64,000 nucleotides of DNA from Octopus vulgaris (lineage: Eukaryota): positions 45,818,001 through 45,882,000 of the forward strand of contig OX597834.1 in NCBI GenBank assembly GCA_951406725.2, read 5' to 3'. The translations under genes and the position numbers were made by a program. Positions 40,090 to 52,739 of the stretch are shown one piece after another. Numbering within the stretch: the first letter of the stretch is position 1; each line of letters starts with the position of its first letter. A model generated the notes under the pieces. The model worked only from the letters and a program-made list of their open reading frames with translations, had not been told where the DNA came from and searched no databases.

Positions 40090-40625
40090 TCATTGACACA
40101 GATACTACCAGATTTCCTTTTCTAGTTAAAATTCACTGGAATACAGATGCACACGAAAGTTCCTTTTCTTGAGAAATTCAATTCGCGACCAGATTGACCT
40201 TTTCTAGTTACCACATGCCCACACACACAGATGCGGTCTGAAGGAAATTTTGTAGGGAAATTTAACACCCGCGGAGAGGAGACCTAATATACCTTTTCTA
40301 ACGACAATTAAATCACTCACAGATGCCCCGTAATGTACCTTTTTTTTTTAGTTACAATAAACTCGCGTACAGATGCACCACAACATTTCTTCTCTAGTTA
40401 GAATGTCCGCAAGTACAGATGAAGCCACAAGTTTCTTTTTTTGTAAAAAATTATATTCACGTACAGATACACACAATTAACTCATACTTAGATGCGTCTA
40501 AATCGGTCTTTTGAAAGGACAATTAACCCGGGTACAAATTCGCCCAGAAGCGCTTTTTTGTAGTTACAAATCTTCCGCTTAGAGAGGTCCCTATATCTTC
40601 TTTTGTGAGACGAAAAATGTCTAGA
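40090..40625. repeat. Degenerate ~46-bp tandem array, about 11-12 units
   Basis: ACAGAT-like anchors at 40098, 40143, 40189, 40227, 40273, 40319, 40369, 40415, 40463, 40488, 40534 and 40579, most followed by a CCTTTTCTAGTTA-like block. Confidence 0.75.
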
Positions 40626-41547
40626 GACTTTGCTTTAAATAAAAGCGAAACAATCGAAAATCAAGTTATCCATTGACTTTCAGTAAACGAATGACATGGC
40701 GAACTTATGGCATTTAGAAAAAAAACCATACCAAAGAGAGAAGTATTTCGCACCAAATAAACAGGTGACACTTGTATATTTTCGTAAACGACTCACCGGA
40801 TTTTCAAAATTTCCAGTCAGCTTAGATTATTGAAATGGTTCGTGGAATGCCAACAAGTTTGTAAGCCAATATTGTATTTAATAGACAAATGTAAACATTA
40901 CACAGTATTTGTAATGGTATTAAAGGCGTCATTTGTTTTGCCAACATTTTGGAGAGGATCTACTGTTTGAGAACAAATCCTCTTTCTCGCAATAACAAGA
41001 TTCAGAGGATCTGTGCTGAGTCACGAGTATTAACTTACCACGTAGCTGAAACGTATAAAATAGGCGCGATGAGTGGAATGTGTAACATTTAGGGTTCTAG
41101 TTTTGCAAGGGAAAGTGAAGGAATGAGATGGAAAGAGAGAGAGAGAGACAAACAAAAACACAAGCAGATACAGAGGGAGATGAGAGAGCAAAATGTAGAA
41201 AGTTTGCATACTTAATTACCATGGCCCATATTGCCCTCGCCTCTTTAAACTGCTTCAGACGGTGGAGAATGAATGCTCAATAAATCTGTTAACTTATGGC
41301 GATTACTTTACTTTGACAGAGTAATGAATACAAAGAGTGAACATTTGCAGATCCTGTTCAAAATTTACAACCAAATCGCCTACGAATCACCCTTTATTTT
41401 TTTCAGAAAAAGGAAGGAATATCTTCTTATACCCTGACTGACAACGAAAGAACAAAATTTGAACGATTTCGAATGGATGAGGCGTGTCTTGGATTAATAA
41501 TAAAAAAAACATACTATAATATACAACTTACACTTCACAATTTATGC

Positions 41548-41852
41548 GAAGGTGCGTGGCTTAGTGGTTAAGGAATTCGGCTCTTGATCGTAAGGTATTG
41601 AGTTCAGTTACCGGCGACACGTTGTGTCCTTGAGCAAGACACTCTATTTCACGTTGCTCCAATCCACCCAGCTAGCAAAAATGAGTTGTACTTGTATTTC
41701 AAAGAGCCAGGCTTGTCATTCTGTGTCACGCTGAATTTCCCTGAGAACTACGTTAAGGAGCACTCAGCCATTTTCACGCTAATTTCACTAGCAAGCTGTT
41801 CCGTTGATCGGATCAGCTGGGACCTTCGTCGTCGTAAACCACGGAGTGCTCC
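41548..41852 (+). mobile_element. SINE family D head/body with a different tail
   Basis: tggcttagtggttaagg..gtccttgagcaagacac..ccacccagct..aaatgagtt, then ccctgagaactacgttaagg tail; related copy at 60440-60735. Confidence 0.82.
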
Positions 41853-42276
41853 AACAAACACCATTTATATAGAGTGTGAGAGAGGGGGAAGCTGGTGATG
41901 TGGGAAGTGGCAAACAGAGTAAAAGGAAATTGCTGTAGCGAGTGGATTTTTAAATGTTTCAAATAGAGAATTTCTTCAGAGTAAAGACAACAGGTCTGAA
42001 ACAAAACCACGACGCAGAGATCTTTAGCTGTATTATTTATAATTAAGCTGTAAAAATATGTTGTTTCCAACTGACCACCACTACTTGTCACGTTTAAGCT
42101 TGAAAAAGAACACTCTACGAAACGTTGGCTATTCCACTCCCCACGGTAATTTCCCGTCAATTTTTCCCCCAAAATATTAGTCTAGGTCTTGGTAACAGCA
42201 TCACCTAAACCAGCATCTTAATGACAGCATCATCTAGACCAGCATCACCGCATACCGTTCTACCTTTATATATACA

Positions 42277-42625
42277 TAAACTTAGATAAACTTAGATATG
42301 TTTCAACCAAAGATTGGTCCAGGCCATGTCTAACTTAATAGCACCACCTGATAGGATTATTCGAATCCTGTTTAAGTCAAGTTTTGTTTAAGTCAAGTTT
42401 TGTTCAAGTAGTGAGTTCTTGTTGGGTGAGTTGTATCCAGTTTTGTTCAAGTTGTGAATTCTTGTTGGGTGAGTTGTATCCAATTATGGGTGGCTTATCT
42501 GGTATTCTTTGAAGGAATCTATCCAGACTCTGTTTAAAGTTGATGGGATCCTTTTCCTCTTTGATCTCCCTCGGGACAATGTTAAATAGGGCAGGGCCTA
42601 TTGAGGAAAAGAAATTATGTTGCAG
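42277..42625 (-). mobile_element. Non-LTR retrotransposon 3' fragment related to 21130-21716
   Basis: HNFFSSIGPALFNIVP..FKQSLDRFLQRIPDKP; 3' UTR ggtggtgc..catggcc-stem-gaaac; (atctaagttt)n tail; small internal tandem duplications. Confidence 0.8.
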
Positions 42626-42724
42626 TGTACATGTAATGTACATATATATATACATATGTGTGTGTATGTGTCTGTGTGCACGTGTGTGTGAGTGTGTGTG
42701 TACATATACTCTTTTATTCGCTTA

Positions 42725-43131
42725 TTCTTTTACTTGTTTCAATCATTTGACGGCGACCATGCTGGAGCACCGCCTTAAAGGGTTGTTCGTCGAAAGAAAT
42801 TGACCCAGATGTATTCTTTGTAATCCTAGTACTTATTTTATGGAACATTTTTGCTGAACAGCTAAGTTACGAGACATAAATACACCACCACCTGTTGTGA
42901 TGCGAGGATAAACACAGATACAATGACGCTCACACATACATATTCTTTTATTCTGTCACTTTTTTTCCGTCATCCGACTGCGGCCATGCTGGAGCAACGC
43001 CTTTAGTCGAACAAATCGACCCCAGGACATATTATTTGTAAGCCAAAAGCTTATTCTGTCGGTTTGCTTTACGCGGATGTAAACATACTGACAGCTGTTG
43101 TCAAGCGATGGAGGGGGACAAACACACACAC

Positions 43132-43183
<52 letters not shown>

Positions 43184-43418
43184 CCGTGCTGCATATATTT
43201 TTATATATATATATATACATACATATACGGCGGGCTTCTCTCGGTTTCCGTCTATTAAATCCACTCACAAATCCTTGGTCGGACCGAGGCTATAGCAGAA
43301 GACACTTGCCCAAGTTGCTACCCTGTGGGACTGAACCCGGAACCATGTGGTTGGGAAGCAAGCCTCTTACTACACAGCCACGCCTTTTCTGCGCCTATAC
43401 TCACACACACACACACAC

Positions 43419-43451
<33 letters not shown>

Positions 43452-43628
43452 GATATAGATATATATACATGACGGACCTCTTCAGTTTCCGTCCACCGAA
43501 TCCACTCACAAGGCTTTGGTTGGCCCGAAGCTATAGTAGAAGACACTTCCCCAAGGTGCATTGCAGTAGGACTGAACCCGGAACCATGTGGTTGGCAAGG
43601 AAACTTCTTACCACACAGCTACTACTTC
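42725..43628 (-). mobile_element. Cluster of three SINE family B pieces (42725-42920, 42955-43385, 43468-43628)
   Basis: Repeated head gaacccggaaccatgtggttgg and tail ccatgctggagca.cgcctt. Confidence 0.88.
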
Positions 43629-44892
43629 GTTTGCAACATTGATTCTAGAAGCACATCACATACAAGTATAAAGAACAGCTTGTAAATATTTGGTTGAAAA
43701 TGTTTTATGGACAGGAAAAGTTGAAGGTGAACGCTGGCTTTGAACTCGCGTTTCCCGTAAGTATGGACACGTTTATTAAAATACCAACTCGATCTAGATT
43801 TGATTCTTCCTTAAAAACAAATTTTTCACTCGACGGTTGTTGGAATGTTATTGATCCAATGAAAAAACTAAACCTCATGAATGTTACAACATCACATTAG
43901 AACGCTGACTTAATTGAATCTTGTCTCCAGCGACATATCAGGTCTCAGCGAATAAATCGAAGACCTGAATAATTTAGAAGCAGTTAAGGCTTCCACACTG
44001 GAAAGCTGTGCGAGCATTCACAGAGGGATATCGGCAAGGATGGTTATGGAGAGGAACTAATAAAGCAGTTGAATGAAGTGGTCGATAATTTCAATTTCCG
44101 TGACGAGTGAAAGGCAATTCAATTTATCGAACTCTTTCATGGAGTCTTCCATGGACAGTTCAAAGTAATGGAATAAACTTGATGTTGTTACGAACGAAGA
44201 GACGTCGGAAATTTTCTGGGAAAGAAAATCTTCGTCAGAGAGACGAAGACAGAGCGAGAGAGAGAGAGTGGGGGTGGGAGACAGGTGTTGCGGTAAAGTT
44301 TTGTGTTGTTGGCGGAGTAATGACAATGGAGTGAATAATTCATGAAGGAAGAGGAGGAGGAGGAGGGGAGAGAAGGAAGAGGAGACGACCAGTTGAAGGA
44401 AAAGGATTTTGAGAACAAAAACGAAACGGAAGAGGATAGGAAGTTGGGAGGAAGGAGATAAAGAAATGGATTTGAGAATTGAGTATATAACGAGAAGACA
44501 ATAGCGAGGAGATTTGAAAGGGGGAAAGTGAGAGGGACAAGAAGGAGAAAGAGAGAAAGGAGGATGAGAAAGTGAAGAAGAGGACAATGAGTCATAGCAT
44601 AAAGGGAGGAGAAGAAGACGGCAGAGACTGGATGTGGGTGAAGAGGAAGAGCAGAGAACTATGTGCTTGTGGAGGATTATCCATTGTTTTCCTCGCTGTG
44701 TCAAGTAGAACCTCTACAGCCGATTACATTCACAGCTTTTCCTAGAACCGTGGGATTGATGACAATTTTTTGTTCCAAAATGAGGAAAGAAAAAAGGAAC
44801 ACCATTACACCCCAATCATCTGCAGTGACTAAATCTATAGTGTAAGTAAGCAGATAGGTTACTTGCTTCTTTAGGTTGGGTAAAGTGATGTT

Positions 44893-44940
44893 GACATCTC
44901 TGATGAGGCCCCAATAAAGATCGAAAGCTGTTTAGTGCTG
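44893..44940 (+). ncRNA. Decayed type-I hammerhead motif
   Basis: gacatct-CTGATGA-ggcc ccaataaa gatc-GAAA-gctgtt: intact core boxes, imperfect stem II with CCAATA loop, eroded stems I and III. Confidence 0.45.
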
Positions 44941-45829
44941 TTCATCATTTTTCCAGTCTATAGAAAAATAGGTGAAAGTGTTATGTTTGTATGTGTATTT
45001 GAAATCTACGGACTACATGTCCCTGGATTTCAAATGCATATACACTCACTCACACATACATATGTATGTATATGTATGATTTATATACCGTATATATATA
45101 TTTCCTCCACTTGTGAAAGGCATCAATGCCGCATCAAATTTTGGCTATAACATTGTGTCAAGATTCGTTCGTTCAACCGTTGTTGTTTTCTTTCAAATGT
45201 CCCTGCAAACTTCTATCATAATATGATAGCATGTCACTTCAACGTTGTAATCAAATATGGAGGAGAAGGAGATATGTGAAAGGATAAAATAACATCGGCC
45301 GCTTTGCAAACTACTTTTCCTTTGCATAATTTTTATCTCGTTTTCTTTCATCTATTTCTATATTTGTTTTGTCTACTCAAATAGAAAAATAGATTAAACG
45401 AATTTGATAGAATAACAAAGCAAAACTGAATATATTTAATGTTTCATATATCCTTCAAAGTTTATAAGTTGTTTGCATGTAACAACGAATTTTAAAAAAA
45501 TGGAAACTAAAAAAGAATTACAAGGGGAAAGTTTTTTGTTGAAATTTGTCAGTTTACTGGGTTTCATATTCGTGAAGAGCGTTCTGATAAATATTTAAGA
45601 AAGTAAAACAGCACAGAATAAAGAAATTCAAATCAATATCATAAACAACAAAACAGTGACAAATGTACGAAATGAAATATATTTGGCATTCCTTTAATTT
45701 TATATGTCTCTGGAAATGCTGAAGCAAAGATGGTTATAAATATATGTATACGCGCATCTATACCTACATATGTGTGTGTTAGTATGGGTCCTGTGTGAAT
45801 ATATATATAAATATATATGTATATATATA

Positions 45830-45886
<57 letters not shown>

Positions 45887-46205
45887 ATTTATATGTTTGT
45901 ATATATGTATATATATATAAACAAAATGTGGACATGTGTACACACACAAACACACGCACACACACAGACACAGATGCAATATTTCGAAGAATCTAAAGGA
46001 TATTACATTTGTTGTAATGAGGGAATAAATATTATACCGTTAGCTCCATTCTTAAACTTACTCATTTACACTTTGTGAATAATGAAGGATCCTTAAAATT
46101 TCTGTTTGCACGGAACTGTTCCATGGTCGAAAACGGGGTTCTCCTTTTGGTATTCGCAGTCTTGATGGCGTTCGAATAAGTCGTATGTTTAAACCAAATT
46201 TTATT

Positions 46206-46257
<52 letters not shown>

Positions 46258-46283
46258 CTGTGTGTGTGAGTATGTGTATATTC

Positions 46284-46325
<42 letters not shown>

Positions 46326-46364
46326 TTATATCTATATCTATCTATCTGTCTATCTCTCTCTCTC

Positions 46365-46434
<70 letters not shown>

Positions 46435-46693
46435 CAATAGTATATATCTGAGCGAGTTATGAACAGTAGCTGCACGACATTGTGAAGTATATTTGCCTAA
46501 CGTCAAGCCGGAGATAGGGGCGATGACTTCTCTTTGCAAATACTGATAGGGCACAGATAGTGCGTCAATAGCCAGCTAGAGGAGATGTCCTCCTGGGGCT
46601 ACAAGCTACAGTGGCATCGACCCTTGCGGGTTAGCCACATTTACGTAGTAAATATACTATATATATATACATACATACCTACAAACATATGTG

Positions 46694-46764
<71 letters not shown>

Positions 46765-47025
46765 GTATACAAGAAAGAGAGGTGGCGAACAAATATGTAG
46801 AGAAGTGTAAAGGTGGATCTCCGAGCCTCCAGAAACGGATGATTATCTGATAACACCTTTCTGTCACCCTTTTAATTTTCTCTGCTCTTTGTACTCAGTG
46901 GAAGTTGGATCTATTAATATATATATATCTATGTATTTATACCTAAAAAATTCATCAACTGTTTCTATCTTTTGATTTCGATTTCCATGTATATATACAC
47001 ACACACACGCTCATACACCCACACA

Positions 47026-47066
<41 letters not shown>

Positions 47067-48445
47067 ACGCACACACACGCATATATATATATATTGTATT
47101 ACCCGATCTATTATAGCTAATATATTTAATGCGTCTAATATGTTTATCCACATAATTGCCCATATATGTGTGTATGCATCTGTAGTTAGGTAAATAAATA
47201 GATATGCATAGATATACCGATGGGCATTCGTTTAAAATTATAAATATAACTATGTATATATTAATATACATAACCATATGTACATATATGTATATATATG
47301 TTTATATATTTATATATGCTCACGCACATACACACACACACACACACACACATATATGTATATATATACAAATGTATACATATATTTATATATATAGCCA
47401 CACACACATTTGGGTGTGCTATTATGTATCTAAGTGTAATAGGGAAAACGGATAAATGAAATTGAGTGGTAATTTCATTTAGTTTATTATTACGCTTTTA
47501 TTTAGTACGAATTCCCTCGTGTTTGCATCCATTAATGCCCATCCGCATTCTTGTAATAAACATATGTACATACAATCATGCATGCATACATGTGTGTGTG
47601 TGTGTGTATGTGTATGTGTGTGTGTCCCAAATAATGTGCTGCGAAGCATTTCTGCTTGAAGCCATTTTACTCTCCATATGACCACTAATGCTTTTGGGAA
47701 TGTTACATATGTTATAAAACTTAATCGTCCTTTTAAACTCAAATGAAGAACTTTTACATAGGATATTTCATGACAGTTTGAGTAGATGGGCTTGAAATTC
47801 GCTATATATGTGTGAGAGTATGGGCTTCCAAGTGTAGCTTTTAGCGTATACATGTGTATGAAGTGTCCCTTTAAAGAATTCCGTGCTTCCCATCAGATTG
47901 CACCACAAACGTTGTTCTGTAATGGTGGTCAATAAAGTCAACCATTACTGACAACAGAAAAAGATGAGCTACTTAGTGACATTAAACAAATTTTGGGGAA
48001 AATTCACTATGAGTTGAATGCTAAATGGTAGCATGTTATGCTAAAATATAACAGCAAACACCCTAAAATTTGTAAAACCAGAATAGCTTCAAATATTGTG
48101 TGAGATTTATTGGATAATGTTTGCGTAGACATTTTGAAATCACGGGTATCTTACAGCTGATAAAAAATAAAATTGCTACAGGTGTAAATCCTCTCAGGTT
48201 ATGATGTGGGGCTTCGGACATCTGTAGAATATAGGAAGTGTATACATTTATGTATATCTATGTATCTATCTAGCTTTATATTTTTTACAGGCAGAAACAC
48301 ATACACACACACTCACACGCACTCACCCTCTCTCTCTCTCTCTCTCTCACAGACACACAAGCATATATATGATTCAAATTTAACATTAAAGCATTAAGGT
48401 TCAGAAAATAGACGTTAAATGCAGTGTACAAACCTAGTTTAAGGG

Positions 48446-48478
<33 letters not shown>

Positions 48479-48483
<5 letters not shown>

Positions 48484-48642
48484 GGTTGGAGGAGAATAAT
48501 CTAACAGTACATAAAAACCATTTAATTCCAAGATTTATTTATGTTTAACAACCGAATGAATTTAATAAAAGCATCTGAATATGACACATGATGGAAATTG
48601 TTCAAACTGAAGTCCTTAAGCGACACATTTTTCCATTCTAAT
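48479..48642 (-). mobile_element. Possible Tc1/mariner-superfamily terminal fragment
   Basis: TA-CAGGGT terminus adjoining (TA)n; minus-strand remnant ..GLQFEQF resembles a transposase C-terminus. Confidence 0.35.
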
Positions 48643-48699
48643 CAATACAGAATTACAGGTAGTATTAACGACAGGACTTACTCCTGTTTAAGGGGAAGA

Positions 48700-48975
48700 T
48701 CCTCTGATTTGCTCTCTTTGGCTGTACCGAGAGAACTGCATTTGGAGGATGAAATATGCTATGTGTCTCTCTAATTCCGTTGGGCTGCACATGCGGGACA
48801 TGTTTTTCCTCACCCTTAAGTCTGCTATTAGAATATCCAAATTCATATATTCCTTAACAGCTGTCGTACTGCGGGTCTGGTAGAGTGGGAACGAAGTATG
48901 TGGTCCTTGTAATTTCTAGTTCTCAGTCAGATTTCTGTGTCTAAAAGCGGGAGATATAGTTAAAGTCCTTGCTTG
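48700..48975 (-). pseudogene. Penelope-like RT thumb-region fragment
   Basis: Minus strand LPLLDTEI, then LDILIADLRVRKNMSRMCSPTELERHIAYFILQMQFSRYSQRE, resembling the PLE LPFLD..IL..E.LR..N.S..H..F..M..SGY pattern. Confidence 0.55.
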
Positions 48976-49013
48976 GGTAATACATTATGTATAGATATGT
49001 ATAAATTCATAAA

Positions 49014-49061
<48 letters not shown>

Positions 49062-49388
49062 GTATGTATATATGCTTTTCTTGCTGGATTAAGTGTTCGT
49101 TTCTCTTTTTGTCTTCTGCAATTTTATTTTCGGATCTTCTACATATATGAAGAATTTTCCTCCGTCTGGCTGTTTTTCCCTCTACAAAACAGAAACTTGC
49201 ATTGTAGAACAATCATTTCAACGATTTTTTTTTATTTATTTATCACCCGACGAGATACATCTGCACCACCGCATACTCCTGAACCAGTTTTTTTTGTCCC
49301 ACGAGAAGAGTCGATGCTGGATGTGTCGAAACAATTGTTGTGACTAACAACATATTCTCGTATATTCCAGCTTCTGTCTTTCATTTGA

Positions 49389-49460
<72 letters not shown>

Positions 49461-50198
49461 TATCTATTTATCTATCTATGTATCTATGTATGCATGTATA
49501 TATATATGCTCACAATGACCCGCACACATAAGTTTAGGGAGTGAATTCTCTATTCAGTTAGTTGGGTATACACTATTTTCTTGCTTAAATGCTTAGACAT
49601 TAGAACTACGTTGAAAATATGGATCAACGCGTCCAACATATCTTATAGTCATCTCTATAGAAAATCACTCTGTATATTAAGAAACAATGTGTTTATACAC
49701 AACAATAAAAATCAATACAAATTCTCGTATATTTTCTATTTTTTTTATTATCGTAAAATTTTGTTCGGCAAAACAATTTTTTTCAATGATTTTCCGGAGT
49801 AAATCTTTTCCTATTTTTTCGACATGAAGGCAAGATAAATAATTAACAATGACAAGTCAATAATTATTGAATGAGATGTTGTTTCAATTATTATTGGGTT
49901 TTCTTTCCCTCGTTACTGCCATCCCTCGTACTTTGTGGCAATAACAGAAATCGTTAGTGATGTTGCTGTTGTTGTTGTTGCTGCTGTTTTACTACAGTCA
50001 TTGTTGCTGCTATTGTGCATATCCAAATAAATTTAATATTAATCCAATAATTCTCTCTGTCTCTCTCTCTCTCTCTCACACACACACAGACACACACACA
50101 CACATATGTATATATGTACGTATGTGTCTATCGATCTATCTATCTATCTATCTATCTGTCTGTCAAGCTCTGTATAAGCATACGTCCGGCTGTACACG

Positions 50199-50231
<33 letters not shown>

Positions 50232-50302
50232 TTATATATATATATGCATATATATATGTATATATATATATGTATATATATACATACACACACATATATA
50301 TG

Positions 50303-50344
<42 letters not shown>

Positions 50345-50426
50345 AATGTCATATATCTGATATGCTCCTCTCTCCTACTCTCTGTTTCTCTCTCTTTCTT
50401 TCTCTGTCTGTCTTTGTATATATATA

Positions 50427-50695
50427 TATTAGGTCGTCAAGTATGAAATTTGTAGAATAGAAAAGAAGTTTGCTAATGTCTTGTAAATACAATGAAAAGT
50501 TTTATTCATCAAAGTATGCACCCATATTGTCAATACACTTTTGCCATTTCAGCGGTAGCTTGTCCAGACCGGAACTGTAAATGCCTGGCAATCTAGAGGC
50601 AATAAAATTTTGGAAGGCCTGTTTTACAGCATCATCGGATTTTAATATTTTCCTTATCACAAAGTTATCCAAATTCTGGAAGGAGTGGTAAAAGA
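50427..50695 (-). mobile_element. Mariner transposase C-terminus plus TIR
   Basis: YHSFQNLDNF..DAVKQAFQNFIASR..YSSGLDKLPLKWQKCIDNMGAYFDE*; terminus TA-ttaggtcgtc in (TA)n. Confidence 0.9.
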
Positions 50696-50772
50696 TTAGG
50701 TGAGTATGGTGGATGATAGAGAACTTCCAACAGGGAATTCCCTGACTAGAACGTTCATACATACTCACCTTC

Positions 50773-50846
50773 TCTATGATGACGGAATGCCCAGTGTATG
50801 TAGATGCTAACATATCACTAGGGATATCACAGAAACAACTGTAAGA
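50773..50846 (+). ncRNA. Decayed minimal hammerhead motif with long stem II
   Basis: tct-ATGATGA-..cccagtgtatgt agatgcta acatatcactaggg..-GAAA-caactg-TA-aga; stem III is one mismatch from the palindrome ACAGCTGT. Confidence 0.45.
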
Positions 50847-51250
50847 CATCCAATAATTAAATTAATTAATTAAGTAATTAATTAATCAATTGAAATTCAC
50901 CTTTCTCTAATCAAATATTCTAACTGGCTTGAGATGCTCGTCCTGCTTTGGTTTTCTTGTCCATTTTCCTGTAATATGTCCCTGCTAAATCGGAAGCCTA
51001 CTGCGGGCCCCTAGCTCCAGCATCATCTTTGAACTTGGAACCTAACAGGTGACCAATTACAGCACTTGTGCAGTGTACGTATTCGTTTAGACAACCAGTG
51101 AACTAAATCCCTCATATTCTTTATATGTATATACATACACTCACATACACACACACACACAGATAGATGCACACATACATTCATACCTTCATACATACAT
51201 TCCAATATAAAAACGGACATAGCTCCAACATATATGAATAAGCGCAGATA

Positions 51251-51316
<66 letters not shown>

Positions 51317-51332
51317 TGTGTATGTGTGTGTG

Positions 51333-51530
51333 TCTGTGTTTGTCCCCCGAACATCGCTGAACAACCGACGCTGGTGTGTTTGCGTCCCTGTAACATAGCT
51401 GTTCGGCAAAAGAGACCGATAGAATAAGTACTAGGCTTACAAAGAATATGTCTTGGGGTCGATTTGCTCGACTAAAGGCGGTGCTCTAGCGTGGCCACAG
51501 TCACATGACTGAAACAAGTAAGAGTAAGAG
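51333..51530 (+). mobile_element. SINE family B, 3' half
   Basis: ttcggcaaaagagaccgatagaataagtactaggcttac..ggcggtgctctagcgtggccacagtcacatgactgaaac. Confidence 0.9.
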
Positions 51531-52125
51531 TGTATAGAAGCGCTTTCCACGTCGCTTCCCAAATTATTGCAAATTTGTTAAAATTGAATCGTATTTTCTT
51601 TGCAAATTGGAGTTCCTCGTTGGTCAGCTTTGCTTAGCATCTTCTTTGGCATCGAGACGATAAAATATTTTTGAGTGAAAAAACCAGAGGAAAGGAGAGA
51701 ATGGAATAACTGAAGACACACTGCTACATCATTGCTTCTCACGTCTTGTTGTCCTTTTCCTTTCTCTCGGACGGAATGTTTTAATGTGTTGTTCCAACTG
51801 CACTTACCGCTTTCGTATCCCCCCCCCTTTCTAACTACAAATTTTTCAATGTAACGACCAACAAATAGATCCAGGAAATTGAAATTGCGAAAAAAGAAAA
51901 ACTATGAAAAAACGAATAAAAAACATTATAAACAGTTCCCTTAAAATGATCTTAAGTTCAACTGTTACGACTACATTTTTACATCGATTTACGCTCCGAC
52001 TTCAAAACCGGTCAAAGTTTAATTTGTCTTTTTGCCTTCGTGGGCCAATGGAACAAGTATCAATGGACTATTAATAATTGATTGTTCCTCCCAATATAAT
52101 TTGTTACCTGATAATTCCCTTGACC

Positions 52126-52156
<31 letters not shown>

Positions 52157-52189
52157 AATGTTTTTAAATATTACTATCAAGACTTCACG

Positions 52190-52603
52190 CTGGTGGAAAC
52201 TTTGACTCTTCGCAATTAAAGCATTAGCGGTTATTTGTCTTGACATTTTACGTTCTGAATTCAAATTCCGCCTAAACAATCGTTGCCTTTCATTCCAGCT
52301 GGGGTCGATAAAATAGAGTACCAGTGAAGTACAGGGGCTGATGATATTGACTAATCACCCCCACCTAATATTGTTTATTTTGTGCCAAAACTTTCGTCGA
52401 TAAATTGAGCACAAAGAAAGGCAGACAAACGGATTAAGTCGATTATATCGACCCCAGTACACAATTGGTACTTTAGTTATCGACCCCGAAAGGAAGAAAG
52501 GCAAAATTGACCTCGGCGGAATTTGAGCTCAGAACGTTACGGCAGACGAATACGGCTACGCATTTCGCCCGGCGCGCTAACGTTTCTGCCAGCTCGCCGC
52601 CTT
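52190..52603. mobile_element. Two SINE family C copies tail-to-tail (52190-52392 plus, 52405-52603 minus)
   Basis: ttctgaattcaaattccgcc vs ggcggaatttgagctcagaa in opposite orientation. Confidence 0.8.
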
Positions 52604-52631
52604 AATTATAATATGTTGCTGTTGCGCCTGC

Positions 52632-52739
<108 letters not shown>

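Noticed and set aside
40090-40625. CRISPR-like repeat/spacer appearance
   Set aside because: Repeats are degenerate, the variable parts are short and homologous in position, there are no cas genes, and the context is eukaryotic.
43920-44100. Possible decayed mariner C-terminus
   Set aside because: Resemblance needs several frameshifts and is not supportable by eye.
47880-48185. Possible pogo/Tigger N-terminal relic
   Set aside because: No diagnostic motif or TIR found.
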